NCBI GenBank assembly: GCA_965153285.1
Contig: OZ229112.1
Source of the DNA: Podarcis tiliguerta
Taxonomy: Eukaryota
Reading direction: 5' to 3' (one strand)
DNA length: 64,000 bases
Below are positions 10,331 to 24,310 of the stretch, piece by piece. Both the position numbers and the translations under genes were made by a program. Within the stretch, counting starts at the first letter, position 1. Every line of letters starts with the position of its first letter. The notes beneath the pieces were generated by a model, which did no database searches, was not told the origin of the DNA, and was given only the letters and a program-made list of their open reading frames with translations.

Positions 10331-13264
10331 TAAAGCAGAAGCACTTTGACTGGTGTTTACTCTGGCAAATGATGTGTTTCATGTGAAGCCAGCTTAGATG
10401 TGCCACAGAAGTAACTGCAGGGTGGATCAGCGCCTCTGCTCTGACCTTGGAGGTAATTTCAGCCTTAGCCCAATTGATGTTAAACAACCCAAGGCTGTTT
10501 CACGTGTTAAATGATTTAAGGCAGAAGGCAGGTAGGGATCTACTGGTGGAGCTCTGGGTGATTTGCAGTAGATCAACAAGGCGTTCCGATTCTAAATTGC
10601 CTGCATGTTTGCAGATATCAGTTGAATGATACCAACAACAAAATGACTTTTTTATTCTACCTAGGCTAGGCTGTTAAAGTAAGTCAGCTAGCCAGGAGTG
10701 CACACTTGTGTGAAAGGACTGTACTGAAACCCAATTCCTAGACTCAGAATGTGCTCAGAGGCAGCCTGTTTGTTGATTCTAACCTCATGACTTTTGCACC
10801 TGGCTCTAGCTGACAGGCCTGGGGTTCTACCCAAAAAATAAAATAGAGCCGTCAAGTCCAAAGTCTGCCCACCCCTGTTTTAAAGTATGCTTGTAATGTG
10901 TTTTACCTGTAAAAATGCAATGTGAAAAAATAAAACGAACATAGGATGTGGCAGCCCAGGAAAGATATATTTCTTAGCAGTCTTATATGGAAATTTTCAG
11001 CAATTTAAAAGATGATGTGAAACTATTGCATTCCATTGTAGCATTAAATGTAAATTGGCACGAACAACATAAGCCCTACCACGGAAGACGCACTTGCAAT
11101 AAGAATTAAGATGAAATCCATAACCTCAGTGGCACTTGCCAAGCCCATTTCTCGTTGCTCCTTTTGAAACTTGATTTCATCATATAGCAGAGAAGAAAGG
11201 GAAATGTATTGATTGGAGCATAAAGCAGATGAACTCTTAAACAACGGTGAAATCACAGCCTGCCTCTGTAACTATAAAGAAAGAAACAGTCAGAAAGTAG
11301 GGCATCTATTGAAACTATGCAAAGATTATACCTATATTATGCTATAATTGGAAAGGAGGCACAGGCTTTTAAGTCATAATGATTAAACTGTGGAAACTGG
11401 AAATATCAAGGAATGGGGGGGGGATGGAAAGAAATAGGCATGTAGGGGGGGACTTACTGACCTGCTCCCAAAATATCATTAAGATCTTTTGAAAACAGCC
11501 AAAATTCTGACATCTGAGAATAATTCCACTTGATCTCTTTGCCAAGCTTTGGCATGAAAGAAGAACTGGATTGTAAAGAAATGCTTTGCTTTCTTCCAAG
11601 TAGAAATGTGCCTTCTATTCCCCGCTAAAGACGCTGTCTAGTGACTGGGATTATTTCTTCTTGATAACCTTGCAAGTTTTAAAATTCTAGAGCCTAATTA
11701 AAAGTTCCCCACTAACCCAAACTGCAGTAATAAGGAACACCAACTACTAGTCCCTTATCATCTCAGTAAGCGCTCCATTTCACCAGTCATCCTTTTGGAA
11801 GAGCATTACGAAATCCCTTGGTTTTATAGTCCTATCAGCAAATGCATATGGATGCGCACACACATCCAGGGAAAAAACCTTGCTGCTCATTAAAACCTTT
11901 TATCTTTCTTCTGACCAGGTTCTAAGAAGACCTGTGAATTAATATCCCTTTCCCTATATAAGATATTTTGCTCTTTCTCCGCCTTTAGAGGGATATGTAA
12001 AAATGTATTTACCTTTTTCAATATGTGCATTAATGGGAACTAGAATTGCAAGGTTAGGACATTCTATCATATGCTTGCATAGCTTGCTTTTGTGTTCTGA
12101 GAATGAGATTTCTTTAAAACCCGACATATTCCAAGCCAATTATTTAATCAATAATTGGAGCAAAATTATCTAGCGTTGTAGCTTGACTAGGGAAGCGAGA
12201 GAAGAGGGGGGAATTGCTGCAGGTGGCCTATACAGCTCATTTTGAAGTTAGCTCTCCTAAGCTTACGCAGCGGTCTTGAAGAATATTAATATAGTGTAAT
12301 GCACCAAAGTACCCTTAGGGTGTTCACCTGCCATGGAATTTAATTTATTTTATATCTCATCTAATAGCCTGAATCTCCTCAATTAGGTAAATATAATGTG
12401 AAAATGTTTCCTTGTTTCTCTAAGGAGTTTAAAACCTGGAAGGTCATTCCCACAGAATTTCCTTCCTAGTACATAATTGGGTTGAAAATTGAGTCTCTGT
12501 GTGTTTCCTTCTCTTAAAGTGAATGCTGAAAGTGCAGAATGTGATTGATCCACCTCCATATTCTGTGACGGAACAACTGTTGTGTAGATGGGCAAAAGGC
12601 ATGAATATTGCAGAGAATTCGGCAAGGTATTATATTAAGGCTCTCTTGGATTGAGAGACAGGTTGCAAGAAGACACCCCCATATTTTCAGCAGGCTACCG
12701 CACATGTGTAATAAGCTAAGTGGCATTGCTACATAGATAGGTACAGAGGTTGTGTGGCAAAGACTGCCTCTGTAACTTTCATATAATTATGCCTATTGAC
12801 TGGTGTTTAGATGAAGGTTATATCTTGTGGGGGACATAGCCAGAGAAAGATGGCTGTACTTGGTGGAATGAAACATAGAGGAAAAGGAAGAGCTCCATCT
12901 ATTGGTACAGAAAGAAATATATTACAGAGGATTCAACTCTCATCACTATTTCTGCATTTCCATTTTCAGATCTGAGGTACTTCAAAATAAACAGAAGAGT
13001 TGAGAAGCAGGAACAATTGCTACAGTACTTTCCTAAGTACTCATTTCCTGCAACTGTATCCTCAAAGTCCTGTTGTCCAGAGCGCTAGAATCTGGAGAAG
13101 TTTGAGCAAAGTCTTTCCATAGCCTCCCCATGATATACTCTCCCAATCCCAATTCCATACTTTTATTTCTAGCCAATTTGTTTCATTAAAAAATGGTCTG
13201 TTTCCTCTTTTCATCCACCTGCACAATCTTACAGATGCCTAAACCTTAAGTTTTGGATTGCACC

Positions 13265-13397
13265 CAGTGCTTTTTTCCAGCGGTACTAAAGGGTATGCAA
13301 TACCGACACCTCCTTTTTTGTTGTTTAAAAAGTGTGGCACTTACAACAACTTCATGGTGAGTACTGGCACCTATTTTTCTAGAGAGAAAAAGCACTG
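13265..13397. mobile_element. hAT-type MITE
   Basis: TIRs CAGTGCTTTTT...AAAAAGCACTG. 8-bp TSD ATTGCACC / ACTGCACC (7/8 match). Confidence 0.8.
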
Positions 13398-13802
13398 ACT
13401 GCACCTGAACATGGAAATGAGTAACACAAAACCAGACCACACACGATACATTCCTTGAATGCTGCCAAAAACCAGTGTCGCATGGCAGTCCCCCCTCTCA
13501 ATGCCTCCAGCCCACATTTCTGGCAGCAGCCAGAAGGCACAGAGATTCTCCATATAGTGGCAGCCCTAGGGACATCAGAGGAAATGGTTGAAAACTGTGC
13601 ACTCTTTTGAACCCAATCCCCACATGGACTATTGCTAAGAATGTTTTTTGCCTTAGCTCATTCGAACTTTTTTTAGCATGCACACATGCTAGAATATTGT
13701 TATAAACATATTCACAGATGTATAATTGCCACTCCCAATTGCCATTTCAAACTCTATTTCAGTTTGCATGGAAAAGCCATGTGACATTATTCTCCCTTTG
13801 GT

Positions 13803-14022
13803 CCAAGATGGTGTAGTGGTAAGAGTGTTGGACTGGGATCTGTGAAACCAGAGTTCAAATCCCAACTGAGCCATGAGACTCATTGGATGACCTTGGGGCA
13901 CACACTATTGCTCAGTCTAACCTACCCCACAGGGTTGTTGTGAGGATGAAATGAAGACCAAATGAGAATGAAATATACACTACCTTGAGCTCCTCAAACG
14001 AAAGGTGATATACAAATGTAAG
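13803..14022 (+). mobile_element. CORE (MIR-like) SINE
   Basis: tRNA head TGGTGTAGTGGTAAGAGTGTTGGACT...GAGTTCAAATCCC. CORE-like GGATGACCTTGGG...CTCAGTCTAACCTACCCCACAGGGTTGTTGTGAGGAT. L2-like tail. Confidence 0.82.
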
Positions 14023-14514
14023 AATGGACATGGAGAAAGAGAGAGAACAACTAACCTTTGAGACTTGCTTTATGTAGCAGGAACCAAAAATCAAATAAGC
14101 AGGGATGTTGGAGGGAGAAGTGGAGAAACTGCATCAGAGCAAGAGAGGGCAAAAACCCACAGGCGAGTTTTAAGAAGTAGATGTGCTTCAAGTATGACAT
14201 TCTGGTACAGAGGAAATTGAATCCATCTATTCTTGATAAAGGTGGCTTCATTATTCAACTTTGCTTCACAATGACACTTATGAAAGATGAAGCCATCCCT
14301 ATCTCATGAAGATAAATTCATGATCGGTGGTATCATTTTAGTATATTCCCTTTATAAAGAAAATCTTTTTAACAGATGGCAGAGGGGATCGTATTTTTAA
14401 CTTCAGTGCTACATGAAGAAGGGGGAAATGATTCATAAATAATTGAGGGGTGATATCTGGGGTGAATGTATACAGTGCCCCAGTGCAAAGGAGGATCATA
14501 TAATTGTGTTATAA

Positions 14515-14640
14515 CAGAAGTAGGAAGTCAGTGGGCCACCAGTTAGTGTTAGACTCCAACTCCTATCAGTCTCAGCCAGGATAGACAAGGTCAGGAATGA
14601 TGATAGTTATGGTTCAGCAACATTTGGAGGGGCAAAGGCT
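14515..14640. mobile_element. Degenerate copy of palindromic hAT MITE family
   Basis: GACTCCAACTCCTATCAG...GGTCAGGAATGATGATAGTT...CATTTGGAGGG, similar to 4526-4661. Confidence 0.6.
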
Positions 14641-14899
14641 TAAAGTTAGGTTTGCTGCTCTTCAGCTTTAGCAGTGTGGGCTCACATCAACTGTTGCTAA
14701 GCAGGCTGAGTAATTTTCTCCTCACTAGATTTCCCACTTTGCGAATGTTAAGAAAGCTGCAAAGCACTCCATTCCTTAAGCTGCCCATTGTGGTGGATCC
14801 TTTCTAGTCTCCAGCCACTTTAGCTCTTCTCTGTACCCACAAAACCACCACTGTAAGTGCAGAACTGCAGGGCCACCTTCGGGGACCAAGTGTGATTTT

Positions 14900-15068
14900 T
14901 TGCCCAATTTTTGCTCATCCTTTCTGAATGCAAAATATGTGTTTATTAGGAAAAAATTACACTGTTTTCAAGACTATGTTTTTAAAAGAAAATGCTGCAG
15001 AAATGTAGAAAACTAAACTTGGAATTAGAAAATTGAGACAACTGAAATCGACAGGTTTGCAAATCCCT
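14900..15068. mobile_element. Terminal fragment of a non-autonomous DNA transposon
   Basis: Ends GAAATCGACAGGTTTGCAAATCCCTG. Reverse-complement match to the element end at 24182-24310. Confidence 0.55.
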
Positions 15069-16649
15069 GTCCTTGATCTCCCCAATTTGTACATGTGTGA
15101 AATGATATATCTGCCCCTGTAAAAAACATATGCACTACCACAGAGGGTGTGGAAGGCAAGAGTGATCTAGAAAAAGGAAGAGGCCTTGAACTGAATCCTC
15201 CATCCCTATTTTTCCTGTAATGATCATTGCAAGGCAGGATAGGGGAGTCAGAAAGCATTTTCCACCCGTGAGGTTGAAATTGATTTTGAGCCTCTCCTGC
15301 ACTATATGAATGCCTGATGATGGCCCATGCAGAATAGAAAGCAGAGAAAAGAGGCATTTCTCATTCAGACCAATGTAGGTTTTACATTGACATTTAACCT
15401 GATTCGAGCAAGAAAGGCTGTTTCAAGAGGCTAGCTTGCATAATGGATGTCAAATTCTCTCTCCTCTCTGTGACGTCCTACATTAGGAGGGGGATATGGC
15501 TGTAGAATGTGGCCTCTTTCCTACTTTGCTCTGTGCAAGGCTAGTGTAGCCAGGCATGTGCTAGGCAGCATAGATGATCAAGCTGTTCTATCCTTGTATG
15601 CCAAACAAAAAGATTCATATGTCTTATCTAAGTGGGCTACACAGAGATGGTTCAGTGTTTGCCTGTGTCTTCATTATACCTTTTTCAAAGTTTTGCAATG
15701 TAGCCATTAAAATCTGTTTCAGGCTGAAACTTGGCACACCATTATATGAAGCATACAAAGCAAGGAAAAATGGCTTTAATTTCCTGCAAATTATTGCAGC
15801 CTGCCCCTGTTCAGGAGAAAGGAATATGTTCGCTTGCTTTGATTCCACATGCATAAGCAGTTAATGGAAATTTCTTCTTCTTGGTCTACAATCTGCACAT
15901 TTTATAAGCTGGTGCTGTCGTGAGCTATACAACCAAGCATTTAAAATATACACACAGCGAAAACCCTACAGCTCTATGCATATATGATCAAACAGAAGTT
16001 GCATCCTTGCAAGTAAATGAGAGTTATGTTGACAGACTAAGAACAGATTAAACTTGATTAGAGATTCTCAAACTTCATAAAAGTGAAGGGCCACAAGTAA
16101 ATTGATATTGCAAACATATAGACTGAGATTCCAGTGGATTTTACCAGTTACTTGCAGGTTCAAGGGTGATCTAGCTGTTGTCAGAATCGGGTCTTTTACA
16201 GGTCTTCTAACCCCATATAAGTTAGAAACCAGAAAGGCTCATGCAGAGTACTTCTGCACACCCAGAATGGAGCATGTGAGAATTTCCCCTTAAAGTTTCC
16301 ACTATTTAACCAAAATTTCTAACTCTCAGTGGTTGCAAGTTGTTGTGGGGGTGTTTTGTTTTTTTAATCTGAGAAGCAGGACAGGTCATGGAAAGATCTC
16401 CACACTGAAGTCAGTTAAATTGTGACTTCAGCCTACCCAGGGAGAACAAGGTGCATACATCCTATTATAACAAACATTATAAAAATGTTGTAAGTAACAA
16501 CTCAGGCTTAAGTACTGTTTGTGAATTGCCAGTTAAGGGAGAGAAAGAATGTATAGCGCAGTTTCCCTGAGGGTCCAGCTTCCATAGACTGCAAAGGACA
16601 CATACAGGCAGGTCAGCAAATGCACTGGGCTAAATCATCCAGCTGGGCA

Positions 16650-16970
16650 ACTGGCAATTGAGACTTTGCCTCTTTGATTCATGCCTTGGTATCTTCTGGA
16701 TTAGATTATTCTGATAGCCTCTACATAGGACTGCCTTTGAAGATGGTTCAAAAAGGACAGCTGACCCAGGATTCAGCAGTCAGGGTAAGATTGTAAGGAC
16801 CACATTACATATGTCCTTGAAGAGTTGTAGAGGTTACCTGTTGCTTTCTGGACAAAATTCCAAGTGCTAACCTGAATTCTCAAAGCTCTTTACACATACT
16901 AGGTCCTGCTTACTTGAAGAAAGACCTCCTTTCATAGATAGGATCTGCCCATGTGATGCCCACCTAGCGG
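16650..16970 (+). mobile_element. L2 LINE ORF2 C-terminal fragment
   Basis: DFASLIHALVSSGLDYSDSLYIGLPLKMVQKGQL...DHIT...RLPVAFWTKFQVL...KALY matches L2 motifs HALVTSRLDYCNALYxGLP and LPVxFRxxFKVL. Confidence 0.85.
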
Positions 16971-17972
16971 AAACTCTAGCTCACATGGCCCTTAATTGTA
17001 AAATATATCATGGTCTCCACCAACAATTCTTAGACATGGAAACTAGAGACAGAGGTTATACGCTTCTTATTATAGGGGAGAGACCAGGAGCTCACCAAGA
17101 CAGTAGCCAAGTTCCTCTATTTGATTTTCTGCCGCCAAAGTACACTAGAGGACCCCTGCCCTTGCTGGTGTCCCACAGAGGTGAAATAAATTGCTCGCCT
17201 CTTCTTCCCTTTGGCAAATGACTGTACTGTTGAAATGGCGACAAGATCGCATTGGCCTGTTTATTCTGAATGTTTGTAAGTGATGCCAATAAAGGTTTGA
17301 TGATGACCTTCTTTCATGGGATACTAAAGAGGCTCTTTAGCAAGTACCCTTGCCACACAAGACTCCAGCTTGCCTATACACATCCATCTCTATCTTTACA
17401 AAGCAGGCAAACCCTGTTATATTTTGGAAGGAATTTGCCTTGGCAGATGCTGTGCTTAAACGATGGGTTAGATGCTGCACTTAAACGAGACTGTTGCTTT
17501 AATGGTAGCCTCAAATCTATACTGCTGCTTTATTAAGCTGGGCTTGGTATGGGCTATAAGGACCTATCACAACAAAAGCTTCTGAAGGACTGGAGCAAAA
17601 TATGACACCAGTGATTCACTAAGTAGTAGATTCATTGGGCAACAGCCACTGTGTTTTGTTTTAGCCTAGTAACCACTTTCTCTACAGCAGGTTTATTACA
17701 ATCAATGAGTTCTCTCAGAGGTGCCGGATTATAAACAACATAAGATCCGCATCTGGTATAGTAAACAAACATAGCTGTTCCTGAAGTTAGTTTTAATCTT
17801 TCTTCCCCCACATCTGTTTTTATGTGTGTGTGTTTTTATATATAAAAAAGGGAGGGCACACTTCTGAAATCTAAGCAGGTGTCATTCATTTAACAACAAA
17901 GCAATACTTTCTGTTAGATCAAGTTGCTACCTATCTCTATATCCTTACATAAATGAAGTAATTCAGAGATTT

Positions 17973-18103
17973 CGACTCTACATACACCGTACAATTAAAT
18001 CACACACACCCCTCCCAAAGAACTGTAGCTCTATGAAGAGTAAGCTATAATTCCCAGGATTCTTTTGTGGAGATACTTTAATTGTCTGGTGTGCATGCAG
18101 CCT
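17973..18103. mobile_element. Degenerate Harbinger-like MITE
   Basis: CCCAAAGAACTGTAGCTC...CTATAATTCCCAGGATTCTTT core, shared with 27273, 30400 and 39780. Confidence 0.55.
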
Positions 18104-18729
18104 TTGTTATCAGTTTATTATTAAAACAGTTTCTAAGGCATTTGCACAACTTTGAAAACATAATACATGCAAAAGTTGGACAGCACATTGGAATGCATTA
18201 GGGAGGGGGAATTCAATGAGACAAAACTTATTTTTCCAGCTCTTCACACCAGGGTTTATGGTGCTTGCAAGGGATACTATAAATGTCTAGACGGGGTATT
18301 TTTAGCATTCACAGTCCTTGTAGAAAAAGAAGAGTCTAGGAATAAAACATTAAAGCAAACTCTCAGTACAATGGAACAGGTTTTATCTTTTAGTGAGTAA
18401 CAAAAGGTGTCTGGTGAATAGTATTTTGAGAAGAAGGGCCCTCTGCATAAATCAACCAGGCATCAACCTAACTAGAGTAGAATGGGCACATATCTACTGT
18501 CGGTCCTGTTCAGTTCATGTAAGGAGGAGGTGGCTAACTTGTGGCCCTGCAAATTTTGTTGAGCTATAAATCTTAACATCCCTAACTGGCTGGGGTCACC
18601 CATATATCAGCCATCCCTGATATTCAAGGATTACATTAAAGAAGGGGAGGACTGAACCCAAACACACTCAAAAAAGTTACACAAGCTGCTTTGGGAGGAA
18701 GTGACTGGAGGATGTTAGAGCAGTGAGTA

Positions 18730-18850
18730 AAGGAGGCAAGGGGAACACTTTTCAGCCTCAGGGCCACATTCCCTTCTGGGCAACCTTCTAAGAGCCAGGA
18801 GTGGGTAGGGCCAGAGGCAAAAGCAGGCAGAGCAACTAATGTACATTTTG
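18730..18850. mobile_element. hAT-type non-autonomous element end
   Basis: GGGGAACACTTTTCAGCCTCAGGGCCACATTCCCTTCTGGGCAACCTT...GCC terminal motif, similar to elements near 38636 and 60392. Confidence 0.5.
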
Positions 18851-20334
18851 TTTTTATGATACACCACACCTTTTCTACACCCACCCTCCTCACTATCTTC
18901 CACTCTAGCCAAGAGGCCTCACCACTTCCCACTCCCTTGGCACCTCTCTGCCTTCTGCTTCCTCCTGCAATGGCAGTGGGAATCAAGCAAGCATACACAG
19001 AGTGGCTGCTTCTCTGCCTGCTTGCCTCATTAAGGCCTTTCGCAACAGTGCTGTGCACAATATGCTGGGAGTTGGGGCAGGGCAGCCCAGAACAACAGTA
19101 AGCACATGCTATTATCGCTACTGGGATACCAGCTCCGAAGTATGGTAATGGTGGGACAATTTAGGGGGCACCCCCAGGACCTGCTTTCTCTCTGTTTGTT
19201 TCCTCACTCTGCCTAATGGTAAGCTTAGGTCATTTGCTTGATCTAGTCCAGCTTCACTTGGGGATGATTTCCACTGGGGAAGCTGTGAGCAGCAAAAGTA
19301 TTAAAGGTCAATTGGGTTTATCTTATTCTGTTTATTTCAACAGGAGAATAATTCACCGCTGACATCTCTTAAGGCTCTGGAATGCAGAAAATGCTTGATG
19401 AACTACACTCCTTTGCAATTCACTCTTCAGTTATGTTTGTATAATTGGACTTAAAACCTGACCCAGATGATTCAGTAGCTCACATTATTAGGTCCTGATC
19501 TTCAGGGAACTGAGCCTAATTGTACTCTATGGCCTTTGCAGGGATAGCCAACTTGCTGTCTGCCAGCAGTGTCTGCCATCGTGGTAACAGCGTCCTTGCA
19601 ACAACACAGGGTACCCACACATACCGGCAATGATGTCAGAGCAGAACAAGGGTTGCAGATGCCATGGGAATCCCAAACATTGGGCCACACAACAGCCAAC
19701 CAACTAGGCTTGCCAACTGATCAGAAAAACAGACAGCTTGCACCTGTGCTTTTCACAGTGGATCAATATGCATAACTCAGTTTGTTAATCTTTCTATACA
19801 TTAAGTTAAAGGCACAGCCTGTGACCAACTAAAATGGACCTACCGCTCAGGCCCTAATTATGCTACTACTCCTCATTCTCTCCCTTGTCCCACCCCTTCT
19901 TTTTGGTTCCTGTCTGTTCCTTCAACTTCATCCCCATACTAAGGAATCTGCTTCTTCCCCTTTCTACAGCTCACTTCTACCCTTCTGGAGGCCCAAGATC
20001 TTAAGAGGAGAACAATCCCAGCCATCTTGGGCATTACAAGTTTAAACGGTCCTGTCTTTAGGAATATAACGATACAAAGCCCTGAGCTGATAGTTACAAA
20101 AAGCACACCTGTAGCTTTGTAAGATGTTTTGTGGATTCATTTATATAAAAAAATTGAGAAAATATACATTCATACATACATAGTCATACGTGCATACATA
20201 CTATCCCCAGTTCACTATTCCTGTCCTATACAGTCTCATTTGCTTATCAGCTGAACCAAGTTGGCTCAAATATCCTGACTAAAGGAGAGCAACCTATTTC
20301 TGGTTTCTAAATCAACCATACATCGAATAACATT

Positions 20335-20505
20335 GTTATTAATTAAATTTGTATACTGTCCTTCAGCCAAAGATCTCAGGGCAGTTCACAGCACAAAAAT
20401 ACAGAATAAAACCACAAGATACATAATATAAACAAGAAAAAGAACAAAGCAAACTAATAACCCCCCCCTTTCACAAACACATTTTAAAGGACATAGACTG
20501 TTAGT
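20335..20505 (-). mobile_element. L2-like LINE 3' end
   Basis: Reverse strand ...TGTGAACTGCCCTGAGATCTTTGGCTGAAGGACAGTATACAAATTTAATTAAT, an L2-type 3' stem-loop plus A/T tail. Confidence 0.65.
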
Positions 20506-21267
20506 CATCATTTTAAGAACGTCATTTCCCTTGAGCACATGTTGATATCTGTCTTTTAACAGTGTAACTCTAGTCCTACTCAGAAGTAAATACTGTTGTG
20601 CTCAGTGGAACTTTCAGGTGTTTGTGGAACTGTGGTCGCAAAGTGTACCTGACAATTTAACTCAGGAGGAAAATGGTTTCCTGTAATTGTCTTGTTTATT
20701 TAAAAACACACATGCACAATTAAAGTAATTCCTGAGTTTTCACTCTTCCGGCACACTTTTATAAGCACACTAAACAAAGCTGGGCATTTTATCCGCTATC
20801 TGCTATGGGTGGTTGCATATAATCCTATAATTTCCAGTGAAATAATTAGAGGTTTAATTTTCCATTTCTTTCCACTGTGAGATGGCGTGTGGCTCTGAAT
20901 GCTCACTCATGTCCGCATGGGTACACAGTTGGCATATGCATTGCTGTGAAGCCAATACTTGCATTGTCTCTTTATGATTGGTTTTTTTAAAAAAAACAGA
21001 ACCTCAAAACAATTCCAAACAGTATTTAAAACCTACTGAATAATTTATCTTTTCTACTAAGTTTTAGTTTCCTAAAGAGTTCTTAATGGAGATGCCACTT
21101 ATTCAATAATATATTTTACTGCTTGATTCAGAAATCTTTCAGTCCGAGGTTTAGAAACCATCCCAGTGTATCCTATAGCACATGGGAGAATCCTCCAGAT
21201 TCCAGAACAAGATTAATTCCAGATGAGCTGTTTCTTGAGTATTCATTATGATTTGTTTCCACAAAGA

Positions 21268-21340
21268 TTGTGGGGAGGTTAGACAATGTTGTTCTGATTT
21301 TGTTTTATTTTTTTGTGGAGAGGTTAGATGATGTTGTGCT
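21268..21340. repeat. Diverged direct repeat, two ~28-bp copies, period 45
   Basis: TTGTGGGGAGGTTAGACAATGTTGTTCT (21268) versus TTGTGGAGAGGTTAGATGATGTTGTGCT (21313). Confidence 0.8.
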
Positions 21341-21849
21341 AAGTGATTGTTATCTTGCACTTTCCAATGCATTTCCCCATTACTTTTCTGATCACAAAAT
21401 GTCTGCTTGCAAGGTGGGGGTAATGGGTTTGTTGCATAGCAGCACCAATTCAGTTTGAGTTTCACCTGAATTTGCCAGCATGTGATTGAATCCCACCTGA
21501 AAAAAGGGACAGCCTGGAAGCTCCCTGAGAGATGGTGGAGGGTCACTCACCAAACCTAGTGGAATGGAGCTTCAGCAATCGTCTCCTGGAGACATCAGGT
21601 GGAAGGGAGAGGCAGCAAGGACTTCAGGGCCTCTTGGACACAATAGCAGAGCCAATGTGGTGCTCCCACTGGTGCAACCATACACAGCTTTAACCTCATT
21701 GCTGCATCTCCCCTTTCTGGAAGCAGTAGCAATACTATTGCAGGAAGGCCATTGCTTTAGCTCTGCTCCACCAACTGAGTCACTACTGCTCACATCATTG
21801 AATAATCATAGAAATGACTAACTCGCATTAAGAAAATGCAAACCACCAA

Positions 21850-22190
21850 ATGGAAAAGGTCTTCCAGAGATACCTGAGAGTCAAAGGCAAAGATTCCTGT
21901 TGAATCTCTGCTGGAAGAGAGTCCCCCAATGGGAGCAGCACCACTAAATACCTGTCTTCTAGTTCAGGCCAGCTGGACCTCTGCAACACAGGAGGATACC
22001 AAACAGTGCTCCTCTGGATGTTCTCAGGAACTGGGCTGAGATATAAAGCCTCCGGCAGTCCTTATATCCTAGGCCCAGTTTTTTCAGGACTTTGCATATG
22101 AATACAAGAACTTTGTAGAAAGTAAAAAGGAAACCCAGGACGGATTGTTGGAAATGCCAGCAGCTAGGTAGGAGGAAAGCAAACATTTGA
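21850..22190 (-). mobile_element. L2 LINE ORF2 3' fragment
   Basis: ORF 21959-22186 contains YKVLVFICKVLKKLGLGYKDCRRLYISAQFLRTS, resembling L2 FKVLVLTFKALNGLGPGYLxDRL...LRSS. Confidence 0.75.
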
Positions 22191-22447
22191 ACAGACCTTA
22201 CCAGAGCTCATTTATCCTGAAGCAATCCTTTATGTTGTTAACATTATACTGCTGTTATAAAGAGGCGCCAACAATGGTCATTATCCTCCAATAATAACAT
22301 TTTTTATCAGTATACTGCAATGCCTTTCTACAAAGTAGGGCCACTCACCCCCTCTAAAATTTGACAAAAGGAGTACTGTCAAGATAAATGTTTGAAAAGG
22401 TTAGTGATGTAAACTTCCTGCTGTAATCCTTCTGAGATTGTCAGTAA

Positions 22448-22484
22448 TGTGTGTGTGTGTGTGTTGTGTACGCACGCACGCGCA
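22448..22484. repeat. (TG)n microsatellite plus CGCA repeats
   Basis: TGTGTGTGTGTGTGTG-TTGTGTACGCACGCACGCGCA. Confidence 0.85.
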
Positions 22485-22807
22485 ACATGTTGTTTACTAT
22501 TAGGCTTGTTTGATCTATTTTTTCAGACTGGAAAGCTGTTCCTTGGCATCCCGCTGTGTTTTGCAAACAGCCCCAGCAACAAACAAGGTTTTAAATGAAA
22601 TCTGTGTGTAATCAGAAGACTCCTATGCATCTTATCAGTTCTCCTCAAATATCCAGGTACCTGCCTGATCAACTCGTACATTTATCAACTTTAAAATGAG
22701 ATATTCCATCAGTTCCTTTCAGGTTCTTTTGTCATAAGGCTGACAGATTACTACAGCCTGACTTTGCGCATGAGAAGAACTATTATTTGTCCTGTGGAGG
22801 GGACAGG

Positions 22808-23030
22808 GGATAGGGGGAAAACTGAACTCAGTTCACATATATGTAATACACACTTTTCCAAACAAAAGGCAGGCTGAAACACAGCCATCCTTTGAAATTC
22901 ACACTTCTCTGAATTTTGCAATGCAGTTCTCCAGCCAAGTAATGTGTGCAAAAATTCATGTATTGGCTAAAGTAACGTACCAAAAAAGCATATTAAGGCA
23001 AACTCCTTTGCAAAAAAAGTTAATTAGGTG
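22808..23030 (+). mobile_element. Non-autonomous DNA transposon 5' fragment
   Basis: CAGGGGATAGGGGGAAAACTGAACTCAGTTC...GAAACACAGCCATCCTTTGAAATTCACACTTCTCTGAATTTTGCAATGCAGTTCTCC resembles a common lizard hAT-like repeat as I recall it. Confidence 0.55.
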
Positions 23031-24181
23031 ATCTAATTGTTCAGCCTAGTAATGAAATAATGTTTTCAGGTGACTGAATCACACCGGAAAATAGTGACCA
23101 TCTGAAAGCGCCCTTAGTTCACATGGGAGTAAGTGAAGTCTTTGTACCCCTCTTTAGAAATATGCTTGCTGACCAGGTTCAAAAGACATACTAGTTGGGG
23201 CAGTGGTGTTGCTGACATTTTCAAATTCTATTCATTACTTCATTCATTCATTCAACTGAACTGGCCACTGAAATGTTTTAGATTAGGCACTAGAGCCCTT
23301 TTATTACAACGCTCGGTATAGAAGCCTTTCTTTTGAAATATTTGCAGGTTTGCAATGAAATGTGCAGCTTACGTGGTAAACTCCTGCACACATGTCAAGC
23401 CAGCAGCTTTACTTTAACTGAGATTAAGACTTTACTATGTTGCCTTCCTACACAGAAGAAAGGCATCATTTTTTGTTTACAATATTTCCCAAGAATGCAT
23501 TGGCTGTGGGCTTCTCTCACTTCCTTGACAGTCAGAGGTATACATTTGCTGGATGCAACTTGATTTAGGAAAAGAGCACCCTCTATCTGTAGCACTTTCT
23601 GCAGTCCAATCAGCCTGCAACATACTCAGGAAAACACAACCTTTGCTACAGCTCATAACGTACAAACCAAGAATTCCAGAAGAAAATCGCAGATTGGGAG
23701 AGCCCAGTCAGAAAATAAATAAAAGGGCTCAGATAAGGTGGTCTCGGCTTGCTTTTAAGAGTTGATCATACCAGCAGCAGAGACCTCCTTGTATGATACA
23801 TTCTTCATTTCCCTACAAACCTGCTGCAAAACTGACATTTGTCAGCCAGCAATGTTTGCAATGAAAATGTATTTATAAGCTTTCCAAGTCCATTATAGGC
23901 CAAGCATATCTGATTTAAGATTCACTAATCTTGTTCAGAACGGCAAAAACTCATTTTCTGTACAGGAAGTTGCTGCACAGTAGCAAAGTCTGCAGGGAAA
24001 GTTGGTATTTAAATGGATGAGGTAGGTTATGAATTAAATGTTGAGGTTCCAATGCTCTTAGGCTTTCACGTGGCGGCTTGTGGGAGTGTGGATTGTATAT
24101 GACTTGGCACCTCCAGGTGGAGCTGCTGCCAAATTACAGGGTGGTTGTGGGTCCTTTCACAGGTTGTCAGGATGATCAGAT

Positions 24182-24310
24182 CAGGGATGGATCTGCCCAT
24201 TTTGGTTTCTCTCCATTTCTCATTTTCCGAATCTTAAATTCAATTTGCCACATTTCTGAATCAGGTTGCAATTTTTTTAAAAAAATGTGTTCATGAAAAT
24301 TCATTGCAAT
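24182..24310. mobile_element. Non-autonomous DNA transposon end fragment
   Basis: CAGGGATGGATCTGCCCATTTTGGTTTCTCTCCATTTCTCATTTTCC is the inverse of 15000-15068. Confidence 0.55.

Noticed and set aside
18636-19101. 140-aa and 81-aa ORFs
   Set aside because: They overlap hAT-like, low-complexity C/T-rich debris.
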